A DNA stretch of 64,000 nucleotides from a virus (taxonomy: Duplodnaviria > Caudoviricetes): the IMG/VR virus record IMGVR_UViG_2690315746_000005, positions 3,410 through 67,409 of that record. One strand, 5' to 3'. Position 1 is the stretch's first letter. Every line of letters begins with the position of its first letter. Positions 18,390-27,298 of this stretch are shown here, piece by piece. Both the position numbers and the translations under genes were made by a program. The notes beneath the pieces are model-generated. The model had not been told where the DNA came from and did not search any database. It saw nothing but the letters and a program-made list of their open reading frames with translations.

Positions 18390-18659
18390 ATGGGCCTCTT
18401 CGACCACCTCCCCACCTTCGCCGGCCTCGAGGTCGGCGTCTTCACCCGCGGGGCCGACGCCTACCGACTCACCTCCGCGATCCTGACCGTCAAGGAGGCC
18501 GCGGCCGCCGCCACAGCCCTTGGCGATCCCGCCAGCGCGGTGCGCCGGGCCGAATGCCTCCGGATCCTCGACGCCCTGCCGGTCACCCGCCAGCGCGCGA
18601 TCCTCGCCGCATACCACGGCAAGGCCCCCGACAACCCCAAGGACGGCCATCATGGCTGA
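18390..18659 (+). CDS. Hypothetical phage protein
   Basis: MGLFDHLPTFAGLEVG...; directly follows the MTase. Confidence 0.55.
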   Translation: MGLFDHLPTFAGLEVGVFTRGADAYRLTSAILTVKEAAAAATALGDPASAVRRAECLRILDALPVTRQRAILAAYHGKAPDNPKDGHHG

Positions 18660-18999
18660 ACCGCTCGCCATGCCTCTCGACGACGTCCACGCCGCCTGGG
18701 CGAACTACTGTGCCGCCCGGTCGATCGCCGAGGAATCCGGCGCCATGGCCGACGGGATGATCGCCGCCGGCGCCTGGGCCGCCTGGTTCCATCTCGCCAC
18801 CGGCACCGAGGCGCACGAATGCGTCGCGCTCGACGCCGCGTGGGAGGCGTTCGAGGCCTACGCCAACGCACGGGCCTACGCGCTGGCGAATCGCCGCCCT
18901 GACGATGGCCGCGCCTGCGGCCGCGCCTGGGCCGCCTTCCTCCACCTGTTCACGCCGGCCGCCTTCCAGGGCGGCCCCGTCACGCGCCGAGGTGCATGA
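18652..18999 (+). CDS. Hypothetical protein with internal duplication
   Basis: Two units: AAW..Y..AR..A......DG..AAGAWAAWFHL / AW...Y.NAR.YA......DG..CGRAWAAFLHL. Confidence 0.6.
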   Translation: MAEPLAMPLDDVHAAWANYCAARSIAEESGAMADGMIAAGAWAAWFHLATGTEAHECVALDAAWEAFEAYANARAYALANRRPDDGRACGRAWAAFLHLFTPAAFQGGPVTRRGA

Positions 19000-20477
19000 T
19001 GCCCGCCGACCGCAATTCCAACGTGGTACCCCTGCGCGGGCGGCGGCAGGATCAAGACGCCGACGCCCCCGAGTGGCCGCACTCGATCGAGACCGAGCAG
19101 GGCCTGCTCGGCGCCATCCTGTGCAACAACGACCTGTTCGGCCTGGTCTCGACCTTCCTCCAGGCCGAGCATTTCTTCGAGGAGGTGCACGCCCACCTCT
19201 TCCACGTTGCCGGCAACATGATCGCGGCCGGGCACCTTGCGTCCCCGATCACCATGCGCCCCTATGTCGGCGACGCGGACCTCGGCGGCCTCACGGTCGG
19301 GCAGTACCTCGCGCGGATGGCGGCATCGGCGGCAACCAACTCCTCCGCCCTTGGATATGCCCGGGTGGTGCGCGACCTCGCCTCGCGCCGTGAGGTGATC
19401 CGGGTCGGGCTTCGGATGGCGGAGCGGGCTCGCTCCGAGGGCGTCGATACGCCTGCTACCGCGATCATCGAGGAGGCCGAGGCCGCGCTGCTCGAGGCCC
19501 GGGGGGCCGATCCGCAGACGCATCTCAGCGGGATGACGGCGGCCGACTCTGCGGCCTGGATGATCGATCGCGTCGAGCGGATGCGCGCCGGCGACATGCC
19601 GGTGGAGTGGATCTCGACGGGCATCCCGGAGCTCGATCGCGCCACCGGCGGCGGCTACGGGCGCGGCCAACTCTGGCTCCTCGCCGGCCGCCCGGGCATG
19701 GGCAAGACGGTGACATTCACGACGCTGTCGCGTCTCGCCGCCCGAACCGACCCGACCCTGGCGATGCAGTTCGAGACGCAGCGTGACCAGCAGATGGCGC
19801 GGTACCTGGCTGATCTCGCCTACATCCACGACAAGCCGCTCCCCTTCGGCGACATCATGAAGGCGAAGGACCTCGACGAGGAGGACGTGTGGCGGGTGCG
19901 CCAGGCCTCCGAGCGGTTCGCGAAGCTGCACCTGCGCCTCGAGGTTAAGGCGGGTGCGAAGCTGGCCGAGATTGCGTTCATGATCCGCGCCGAGAACAAG
20001 CGTCTCGCGAAGCTCGGACAGCGCCTCGGTGCCGTATTCATCGATTATATCAAGTATATTAAGGCGACCGAGCGCTATAAGGGCCAGAAAAATAACGAGT
20101 ACGGCGAAATCACCGTCGGCCTCAAGACCCTAGCAAAGACTGAAGACATCGCGATCGTCCTGCTCGTCCAGTTGAACCGCGGCACCGAGGCTCGTGACCG
20201 CGAGGACAAGCGCCCAACGCTCGGCGACCTCGGCGTCTCGGGCGACCTGGAGCAAGATGCTGACGTCGTCGCGTTCCTGTATCGCGAGGCCTACTATCTC
20301 CAGGAGCGGCAGCGGGGCCGGCCGAACGACGCCGAACTGGCCGGCCGCTTCTTCGACAAGCGCCACGATCTCGAATTCATCCTCGGCAAGAACCGAGCGG
20401 GGCCGCTCCGGACGATCGACCTGTTTGCGGACGTCGGGCACTCGCACATTGCCCCGGCCTTCCGGGAGGGCCGCTGA
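18996..20477 (+). CDS. dnaB: Replicative DNA helicase, DnaB-like
   Basis: PHSIETEQGLLGAIL, AGRPGMGKT Walker A, FIDYI, QLNR, SGDLEQDADVV, KNRAGP. Confidence 0.93.
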   Translation: MMPADRNSNVVPLRGRRQDQDADAPEWPHSIETEQGLLGAILCNNDLFGLVSTFLQAEHFFEEVHAHLFHVAGNMIAAGHLASPITMRPYVGDADLGGLTVGQYLARMAASAATNSSALGYARVVRDLASRREVIRVGLRMAERARSEGVDTPATAIIEEAEAALLEARGADPQTHLSGMTAADSAAWMIDRVERMRAGDMPVEWISTGIPELDRATGGGYGRGQLWLLAGRPGMGKTVTFTTLSRLAARTDPTLAMQFETQRDQQMARYLADLAYIHDKPLPFGDIMKAKDLDEEDVWRVRQASERFAKLHLRLEVKAGAKLAEIAFMIRAENKRLAKLGQRLGAVFIDYIKYIKATERYKGQKNNEYGEITVGLKTLAKTEDIAIVLLVQLNRGTEARDREDKRPTLGDLGVSGDLEQDADVVAFLYREAYYLQERQRGRPNDAELAGRFFDKRHDLEFILGKNRAGPLRTIDLFADVGHSHIAPAFREGR

Positions 20478-20479
20478 CC

Positions 20480-21565
20480 ATGGCCCGCATCCGCACCGTG
20501 AAGCCGGAGTTCTGGACGTCCGAACAGATCATGGAATGCTCACCGATCACGCGGTTGGCGTTCATCGGCCTCTGGAACTTCGCCGACGACAAAGGCCGCA
20601 TGACCGCGTCGCCGAAGCGCATCAAGGCGCAGCTGTTCCCGTCCGACGATTTTACGGCCGCCGACATTCACGGAATGATCCGTGAATTAGCACGGAACGG
20701 CCTCATTCGCCTCTATGTCGTTGATGATATTGAATATCTCGTCATCACCGGCTGGCACCATCAGGTCATCAACCGGCCCCAACCGTCCAAAATTCCCGGC
20801 CCGCCCGATGAGCATTCCGTGAACGATCACGGATCACTCAGTGGCGGAAGGGAAGGGAAGGGAAAGGAAAGGAAAGGAAAGGATACCAATACCGCGGCCG
20901 CTCAACCCTCACCCCGCGCGGGCCGTGGGGGTGTCGAGGGGGGTGTCGAGGTCGAGCCCGACCTTCCCCCCGGCCCGGGGGAGGGTGCCCATGGCGGCGA
21001 TCCCACCGACGACCGGAATCCGCGCCCCGGACCGACCGGCCGACCCGTCGAGCGATCCCCGGCCAACGACCAGCCGCGGCGGCAGGACGAGCGGGGCGGC
21101 GGCGATGCGTGGAACAGCCGGGAGGGGTACGACACCGTCGAGCGGACCTGCATAGGCCTCCTCGGCGACAAGGCGCCGGCGGATGCCGTGATCGGCCCGA
21201 TGGTCGCCCTGATGCGGGACGGCTACGACTGGGACGCCGAGGTGTCGCCGATGCTGCTCGACCTCGTCCGGTCGCAGCGGCGGCCGATTCGGACCTGGAA
21301 GCTGCTCGCGACGATGGTCCGGGAGCGGGTCGACGCCCAGCGCCGGGACCGCGTCTCGCAGGGCACGACCGCCACGCCGCTGCCCGCCGAGACCGGCCCG
21401 CTGCACGAGATGACCCCCGGGGCGTCGTTCACCGAGGCCGTGCTGCGGGTCTACCTCGCCAACCACCGCAAGGACCGGTCGTTCTGGCCGCCATTCCTCG
21501 GCCCCAAGCCGGGCGAGGCCGGCTGTCGCATCCCATCCCACCTGCTCGAAAGGGAAGCCGCATGA
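20480..21565 (+). CDS. Phage replication initiator
   Basis: MARIRTVKPEFW, LAFIGLWNFADDKGR, IKAQLFP, EGKGKERKGK linker. Confidence 0.85.
   Translation: MARIRTVKPEFWTSEQIMECSPITRLAFIGLWNFADDKGRMTASPKRIKAQLFPSDDFTAADIHGMIRELARNGLIRLYVVDDIEYLVITGWHHQVINRPQPSKIPGPPDEHSVNDHGSLSGGREGKGKERKGKDTNTAAAQPSPRAGRGGVEGGVEVEPDLPPGPGEGAHGGDPTDDRNPRPGPTGRPVERSPANDQPRRQDERGGGDAWNSREGYDTVERTCIGLLGDKAPADAVIGPMVALMRDGYDWDAEVSPMLLDLVRSQRRPIRTWKLLATMVRERVDAQRRDRVSQGTTATPLPAETGPLHEMTPGASFTEAVLRVYLANHRKDRSFWPPFLGPKPGEAGCRIPSHLLEREAA
20666..20833. repeat. Candidate origin iterons inside the initiator gene
   Basis: ATTCACGGA-ATGA-TCCGTGAAT (20666-20687) and TCCGTGA-ACGA-TCACGGA (20816-20833) around an AT-richer stretch. 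Confidence 0.5.
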
Positions 21566-21840
21566 TCGTCCTGCATTGGGCCAGCATCATGCCCGTCGGA
21601 ACCGGGCGCTGGCTGAACTTTCCGATCGGCGTCCAAGAGAACGACCTCGCCGATTTCACGGATCGTCTTTGCCGGGAAGGCGGCGTTCTGGTCGAAAGAC
21701 TGTGGATGCGCGACGGAGGCGATGGATATTACTACATCGACCGCAGCGAGCGCGTGTTCATCTCGATCGCGGCCACCGCCACGATCCGGGACTTCGATGG
21801 CCCGGTACGCCTCGAGTTCGACGCGGAGGACGCGGCATGA
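21562..21840 (+). CDS. Hypothetical phage protein
   Basis: MIVLHWASIMPVG...; ATGA overlaps at both ends. Confidence 0.6.
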   Translation: MIVLHWASIMPVGTGRWLNFPIGVQENDLADFTDRLCREGGVLVERLWMRDGGDGYYYIDRSERVFISIAATATIRDFDGPVRLEFDAEDAA

Positions 21841-22595
21841 CCGAGACCGAGAAGCGACGCCGTCGCCGCGACAAGGCCCGCCGGGAGCGGTCGAAGGCCA
21901 CCGCCGAGGCCGCCCGGAAGTCCCTCCAGGCCCAGGGAGAGGCCGCCCGGCAATCCCCTGATGCCGATTCCAGCCACGAGGACGGCCATAGAACGGCGTT
22001 CATGGGTTCGGACGCTACCGGCGTTGCCAAACCCGAAGAACGGGCCTCCAAGGCCCCTTCAAAGCCGAAATCCGGATTCGCCGTGGATCGGGGCCGGCGC
22101 TGGCATGTCGTGACCGCCCGGCCGCGTTGGGCCACCCAGGCGGTCAAGGACCTCGCCAAGCAGGGCATCCCTGCGATGCTGACCCACGAGACCGTGGAGC
22201 TCGTAGGCCGCGGCGGACGCTTCGTCCAGCAGCGCCAGGTCATGCGCCGGACGATGTTCGTCGGCCTCGCCCCGTCCGAGACCCTGGCCGACGTCGAGGC
22301 CGCGAGCTTCGGGGTGCGCTGGATCGAGAGGGACCACGACCACCGGCCGCTGACCGTCCCGCCGGGCGAGCTGCAGGACTTCGCCGACAGCCTCGCCCAC
22401 ACCGCCGACGAAGTGGCCTCGGCCGCGCCCTTCGCCCCGGGCGATCAGGTCGTGGTCGCCGTCGGCCCCTTCGCCTCGTTCACCGGCGTGGTCGAGGAGG
22501 TCGATGACGTCGCCAAGTTCCTTTCCGTTGCGGTATCGATCTTCGGCCGCTCCACGCCCGTCCGCCTCGAATATTCACAGGTTCGCAAAGCGTGA
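21837..22595 (+). CDS. NusG-family (NGN + KOW) antiterminator, probable late regulator
   Basis: RWHVVTARP NGN start; FAPGDQVVVAVGPFASFTGVVEEVD...VSIFGRSTPVRLEYSQV KOW; occupies the Q position. Confidence 0.88.
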   Translation: MTETEKRRRRRDKARRERSKATAEAARKSLQAQGEAARQSPDADSSHEDGHRTAFMGSDATGVAKPEERASKAPSKPKSGFAVDRGRRWHVVTARPRWATQAVKDLAKQGIPAMLTHETVELVGRGGRFVQQRQVMRRTMFVGLAPSETLADVEAASFGVRWIERDHDHRPLTVPPGELQDFADSLAHTADEVASAAPFAPGDQVVVAVGPFASFTGVVEEVDDVAKFLSVAVSIFGRSTPVRLEYSQVRKA

Positions 22596-22606
22596 CTCTG
22601 GGTCGC

Positions 22607-22636
22607 TTGACTCACGGGAATCACCTCGCTTATCCA
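22607..22636 (+). promoter_or_regulatory. Putative late promoter
   Basis: TTGACT-N18-TATCCA directly after the NusG-like gene. Confidence 0.4.
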
Positions 22637-22876
22637 GCGCTCAGGAGAAACCTGCTGTGTAGGCGCTAATGCCCCTCGGGGCGTATGCTGGCCCCTCAGG
22701 TCCCGGCCCACGTCGCCACCTTGGCAGACGAGGCAGGAATGGCGGCTCGTGGCCGCCGAACAGCCAGATCACCAATCCCGGCGAGGGCACCCGCCGGGTA
22801 ACCGAGGCGGGGTGTTCTCACCTCCCGGCCGTCTCGGACCTGCGGGCGGCTCGTCGCGAGCGGGCCGCCCGCTCAT

Positions 22877-22952
22877 TCCGCGGTAGCTCAGTCGGTAGAG
22901 CGGCTGCCTTGTAAGCAGCGGGTCGCCGGTTCGATCCCGGCTCGCGGATCCA
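22877..22952 (+). tRNA. tRNA-Thr(UGU)
   Basis: Cloverleaf: acceptor TCCGCGG/TCGCGGA, D arm GCTC/GAGC, anticodon stem GCTGC/GCAGC with loop CT-TGT-AA, T arm GCCGG-TTCGATC-CCGGC, encoded CCA. Confidence 0.93.
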
Positions 22953-23101
22953 CGAATACCAGCGGGAGCGCCGCGAGTGCCTGATGCCTGCCGCGGCGGG
23001 CTGCAAGGCCGAAGCCATGCTCGACCACGGATGCCCTCGGGCGGGTCGGGTGAACAGCGGCACCACTTCACCGGAGCGGTTCGATGCGGCACGCGCGCCA
23101 G

Positions 23102-23338
23102 ATGTCAGCCGAGGACGTGCGCCGCGCCGCCGATCGAGCGGAAGCAGGCGCCCGCCAGCTCGAGGTCCCCGCCGAGGTGGTCCGCCGGGCGGCAGATCGG
23201 GCGGAAAGTCGGCGCTGGCACATGCCCGATCGACGACAGGTCGTCGCCTACGGGATCGACATGGCGAAGCCCGGGAGCGAGCGGACGGTGATCTGGCGCC
23301 GCACGGACACGGTGCTCGACGACGACTGCCCGTTCTGA
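23102..23338 (+). CDS. Small hypothetical protein with AExVRRAADRAE duplication
   Basis: Repeat is visible in protein and DNA; ends DDDCPF. Confidence 0.5.
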   Translation: MSAEDVRRAADRAEAGARQLEVPAEVVRRAADRAESRRWHMPDRRQVVAYGIDMAKPGSERTVIWRRTDTVLDDDCPF

Positions 23339-23400
23339 GGCCGAGCGCGCGTCGCTACGAAACCCGACGTCCGGCTCGGAAACTCAACGGCGAGGCCACC

Positions 23401-23736
23401 ATGATCACCACCCCCTGGCTGCCCTTCGTCGCCGTCGGCCTCGCCTACTTCGGGGTGGCCGGCGTCATCGTCTTCGCCCTCGGGCGGCAGCTGCAGCGCA
23501 ACGCCGAGGGGTTCGATCGACGCCAAGCCGAGGCCGAGGCGCGGCGTGCCCGGCTCCAGCGCAACATCGCCGGGCCGCGGCCGCACCGGATCACCGCCGG
23601 CTATGGCTACGACGCACCGACCGCGCCGGCCTCGCCGCTCTACGGCGGCCACGCGGCGCCGGCCAGATGCGGCTACGGCGTCGGTGGTGATGCCGGCGCT
23701 GGAGGCGATGGCGGGGCGTGCGGCGGTAGCGATTAA
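23401..23736 (+). CDS. Single-TM membrane protein with Gly-rich tail
   Basis: WLPFVAVGLAYFGVAGVIVFALG; GAGG RBS. Confidence 0.65.
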   Translation: MITTPWLPFVAVGLAYFGVAGVIVFALGRQLQRNAEGFDRRQAEAEARRARLQRNIAGPRPHRITAGYGYDAPTAPASPLYGGHAAPARCGYGVGGDAGAGGDGGACGGSD

Positions 23737-23748
23737 CCGAGAGTCAGC

Positions 23749-24393
23749 ATGGCACCGCGCAAGAAAGTGGCGGCTATCAAAGATGTCGCCGCGCCCCAGG
23801 TCGAGTTACGCGACCTCGATGACCTTCGGGCCTACGTCCGCAATGCCCGCACCCACTCGCGGGAGCAGATCGAGCAGCTGAAGGCGAGCATCCGCGAGTT
23901 CGGCTGGACCAACGCGGTGCTCGCCGACGCCGAGGGCATCGTGGCCGGGCACGCCCGCTGCATCGCCGCCCGCGAACTGCACGAGGCCGGCGAGGCGCTC
24001 CGTTTCCCGAATGGGGCGCCGATCCCCGCTGGCCAGGTGCCGGTGGTCGACTGTACCGGGTGGACCGAAGCGCAGCGGCGCGCCTACATCCTCGCGGACA
24101 ACCAGCTGGCGCTCAACGCCGGCTGGGACGCCGCGATGCTCAACATCGAGTTTGGCGAGCTCGAGGCGCTGAAGTTCGACCTCGGGCTGACCGGCTTCAC
24201 GCCGGCCCAGATCGAGGACTTCGCCGGCGCCGACGACCCGGGGGCGGGCACGGGCGGGATCGAGGATCCGCCGGATTCGGCCTACCGCGAGCAGTTCGGC
24301 GTGATCGTGATGTGCGGCTCCGAGCAGGAGCAGCAGCGCGTCTACGAGGAACTCACCGCGGCCGGCAGGACCTGCAAGGTGGTGACCACGTGA
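23749..24393 (+). CDS. ParB/Srx N-terminal domain protein
   Basis: L.AY.RNARTHSREQIEQLKASIREFGWTN, IVAGHAR, QRRAYILADNQL. Confidence 0.9.
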   Translation: MAPRKKVAAIKDVAAPQVELRDLDDLRAYVRNARTHSREQIEQLKASIREFGWTNAVLADAEGIVAGHARCIAARELHEAGEALRFPNGAPIPAGQVPVVDCTGWTEAQRRAYILADNQLALNAGWDAAMLNIEFGELEALKFDLGLTGFTPAQIEDFAGADDPGAGTGGIEDPPDSAYREQFGVIVMCGSEQEQQRVYEELTAAGRTCKVVTT

Positions 24394-25607
24394 AGGTGCA
24401 AGTTCGCAACCGCTGCTCCGACTTCAGCAGCTACCGCGCCGCCCGGGTCAAGTCGCTCTTCAACGCCGAGAACGGCTGCGACTTCGACCTCGACGCGGAC
24501 CTCGACATCGACGACGACGGCTGGTCCATCGGCGTCGTCGTCGGCCCCTCGGGCTCGGGCAAGACCTCGATCGGCCGGATGGTGTTTGGCGGCCCCGGGG
24601 CGTTCTGGGAGCCGGCATGGCCGGCCGACCGCCCCATCGTCGACTGCATCGCCCCCGACGGCGACTTCGACGCGGTGACCGGCGCCCTCGGCTCGGTCGG
24701 GCTCGGCACCGTGCCGACCTGGCTGCGGCCCTACCCGGTGCTCTCGAACGGCGAGAAGTTCCGGGCGGATCTTGCCCGCTTGGTGGTCGAGGCGCCCGCG
24801 CAGGCCGTGGTCGACGAATTCACGTCGGTGGTGGACCGGCAGATCGCGAAGTTCGGGGCGCTCGCCTTCTCGAAGGCATGGCGCCGGCAGAAGGGGTGCA
24901 AGGTCGTCCTCCTCACCCCGCATTACGACGTCATCGAGTGGCTGGAGCCCGACTGGGTCTTCGACACGGCGAAGAAGACCTTCGCAAGGGGGCGGCGAAG
25001 GCGACCTTCATTCGATCTCGAAATCTGGAAGGTCGACGGAAGTTACTGGCCGCTCTTTGAGCCGCATCACTATCTGAAGCTTCCCCGGATGGTGGCCGCT
25101 TCGTACTACCTGGGCACGGTAGATGGCGAGTTGGCCTGCCACATCGCGGTCTCGTCCATCAACAAGGGCAAGGCCGTCGAGGCGCGGGCCTGCCGGCTGG
25201 TGACCATGCCCGAGTGGCAGGGCGCTGGCGTCGGCTTCCGCTTCCTGAACGAGATCTGCGCGATGCAGGAGCGGGGCGATGCCGACGGCCGCCTGCCCGG
25301 GCGGATCACCACCACGGTGTTCCACACCTCGCACCCGCAGCTGTGCGCGGCTCTGCGGCGAGATCAGCGATGGCGGCAGATCTCGGCCGTGCTGCACGGC
25401 ACGAACAAGGCGAAATCGATCGCCACCATCAAGCGGGCGGGCACGAAGGCTGCCCAGGGCGGCGAGTTCAACACGGGCACCCACGGCTACGGCGGCCACT
25501 TCCGAGCGGTGCAGGGCTTCCGGTTCTACGGCGCCAAGGGCTTGTCCACGAACCGTCAACCCGAATCACGTACAGATCCGGTTAGAGCGGGCGACAAACC
25601 CGGCTGA
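24390..25607 (+). CDS. ABC-type ATPase fused to GNAT acetyltransferase
   Basis: GPSGSGKTS Walker A, LSNGEKFR signature, VVDEFTS Walker B, H-loop TPHYD; then FEPHHYL, RLVTMPEWQGAGVG GNAT motif A. Confidence 0.88.
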   Translation: MKVQVRNRCSDFSSYRAARVKSLFNAENGCDFDLDADLDIDDDGWSIGVVVGPSGSGKTSIGRMVFGGPGAFWEPAWPADRPIVDCIAPDGDFDAVTGALGSVGLGTVPTWLRPYPVLSNGEKFRADLARLVVEAPAQAVVDEFTSVVDRQIAKFGALAFSKAWRRQKGCKVVLLTPHYDVIEWLEPDWVFDTAKKTFARGRRRRPSFDLEIWKVDGSYWPLFEPHHYLKLPRMVAASYYLGTVDGELACHIAVSSINKGKAVEARACRLVTMPEWQGAGVGFRFLNEICAMQERGDADGRLPGRITTTVFHTSHPQLCAALRRDQRWRQISAVLHGTNKAKSIATIKRAGTKAAQGGEFNTGTHGYGGHFRAVQGFRFYGAKGLSTNRQPESRTDPVRAGDKPG

Positions 25608-25629
25608 TGCGGATTTGGGGAGTTTTAGA

Positions 25630-26169
25630 ATGCCGGGCCGTACGGAACGTCACGACCCAATTTCTGATGAACTGAAAAGCAAACTTGTCCATAAAGAAGC
25701 TGGATATTCCTCCCAAGTAAATGTTGAGAACGAAAAATTTAGTGTCGAGCAATATCGCGATAATGATGGGATATACTTAACTATAATAGATCAATCTGGC
25801 CACCTGTTGGCATATGTTCGGATGATGTCGCCTACAATTGGAGATGACGAAGGCCCCGACTTACCACGATTCTGGAATGTCGTAGACACTCGCACTGACA
25901 GGTCCGTTTGGAAAAACGGCGTGGTCAGCCAAATTATTACAGCGTGGATCAAGTCAACACGTTATATATTGTTGTCGGATTTGAACCAGACAGACGCAGG
26001 CGCTGGCGTTTGGAAACAATTGATCAAGCGCGGCGAATTCGATTTTTTTCTTTATAAATACGGAGCCGTCGCTCGCGAGCCAATCAAATATAATTTTGGT
26101 ACAATAAATCCGGACCCTTGGAGCGATCCATACGAGAACCACCGAATTATGGTCTGCTTACGGGATTGA
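25630..26169 (+). CDS. Low-GC insert, GNAT-like hypothetical protein
   Basis: VVDTRTDRSVWKNGVVSQI...LLSDLNQTDAGAGVWKQL; AT-rich; start uncertain. Confidence 0.55.
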   Translation: MPGRTERHDPISDELKSKLVHKEAGYSSQVNVENEKFSVEQYRDNDGIYLTIIDQSGHLLAYVRMMSPTIGDDEGPDLPRFWNVVDTRTDRSVWKNGVVSQIITAWIKSTRYILLSDLNQTDAGAGVWKQLIKRGEFDFFLYKYGAVAREPIKYNFGTINPDPWSDPYENHRIMVCLRD

Positions 26170-26185
26170 GCTTCGTGATTGCAGC

Positions 26186-26575
26186 TTAAGCCCAGCTGAC
26201 CATCAGCCCGGCGAAGTCGACCACCGCGGTGCCGCGCTTGGCGTGGGTGGCGAACCAGAACCGGGCCATGTCGCCGGTGTCCTCAAACCCGTCGGCCCGG
26301 GCGAACGCTTCCATGGCGGCCGGCGCGATCGGGGCGCCATCGACCTCGAACAACTCCGCCAGTCCGGCGGTGCCGAACACCAGGCGCACCGGGACGACGG
26401 ACGAGCACGACCGGCGCGCCAGCAGGCGGCAAGCCGAGGTCTGCATCCCGACGTAGAGCTGAAGCTCCTCGCCCGGGCGCGCATGACGCCGCCGCCCGAT
26501 CGCCCGGATGGTGCGGGTCTTTCGGCCCTCCAGGATGGGCACCTCGAAGCGCGGCGTGAACGAGTAGGCGACCAT
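26186..26575 (-). CDS. ASCH-domain-like protein
   Basis: YSFTPRF..PILEGRKTRTIR...RPGEELQLYVGM, FARADGF. Confidence 0.75.
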   Translation of the reverse strand: MVAYSFTPRFEVPILEGRKTRTIRAIGRRRHARPGEELQLYVGMQTSACRLLARRSCSSVVPVRLVFGTAGLAELFEVDGAPIAPAAMEAFARADGFEDTGDMARFWFATHAKRGTAVVDFAGLMVSWA

Positions 26576-26605
26576 GGCCCGAAGCTACGACCCGAGGGGT
26601 TCCGC

Positions 26606-27298
26606 GTGAAGGTGTTTATCAGCGGCCAGCGCATGTTCGGCGCGGACGTCTACAGGCTGGTGCGCCGGCTCGGCCACGAGGTGGTGGGCGTCTCGGCCCC
26701 GGCCCTCGACAGCCGCGGGCAGCGCGCCGACCGGCTGCGCGCCTGCGCCGAGAACGACCGGGTGCCGTGGCTCGAGGCGGGCCGGCTGCGCGCCGAGGTC
26801 CTGCCCGACGGCACCGACCTGATCGTGGGCGCGCACAGCCACGACTTCATCGGCCGCAAGACCCGGCACCGGGCGCGCCTCGGCGCCATCGGCTATCACC
26901 CGTCGCTCCTGCCACGCCACCGCGGCCGCGATGCCATCCGCTGGACTATCGCCATGCGCGACCCGATCGCCGGTGGCTCGGTCTACTGGATGAGCGAGCG
27001 GGTGGACGGCGGTGACCTCGCGGCCCAGGATTTCGTCCATCTCCACCCGGGCGAGACAGTGGATTCGCTCTGGCGGGAGAAGCTGGCCCCGCTCGGTCTG
27101 CGCCTGCTCGAGGCGGTGCTGTGCGACCTCGCACAGGGGATCGTGCGCCGGCAGCCGCAGGACGAGGCCGCCGCCACCTGGGAGCCGTCGTTCGGGCGCG
27201 AGCCGGTGTTCCGGCCCGACCTCGAACTGCTCGGGCGGGGCGATCCCGGGTTGACCGTGGATCGCCGCGCCGCCCGGGCCGCCCCTCAGGCCGCCTGA
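26606..27298 (+). CDS. 10-formyl-THF-dependent formyltransferase/hydrolase (Fmt core)
   Basis: GHEVVGV, GYHPSLLPRHRG..AI.WT, YWMSERVDGGD, QPQDEAAATWEP; GTG start with GAGG RBS. Confidence 0.88.
   Translation: MKVFISGQRMFGADVYRLVRRLGHEVVGVSAPALDSRGQRADRLRACAENDRVPWLEAGRLRAEVLPDGTDLIVGAHSHDFIGRKTRHRARLGAIGYHPSLLPRHRGRDAIRWTIAMRDPIAGGSVYWMSERVDGGDLAAQDFVHLHPGETVDSLWREKLAPLGLRLLEAVLCDLAQGIVRRQPQDEAAATWEPSFGREPVFRPDLELLGRGDPGLTVDRRAARAAPQAA

Noticed and set aside
22877-22952. tRNA as prophage attachment site
   Set aside because: It lies mid-prophage in the late leader; no duplicate 3' fragment or integrase noticed
24390-25000. ABC transporter
   Set aside because: No permease or binding protein nearby; the ATPase is fused to a GNAT domain
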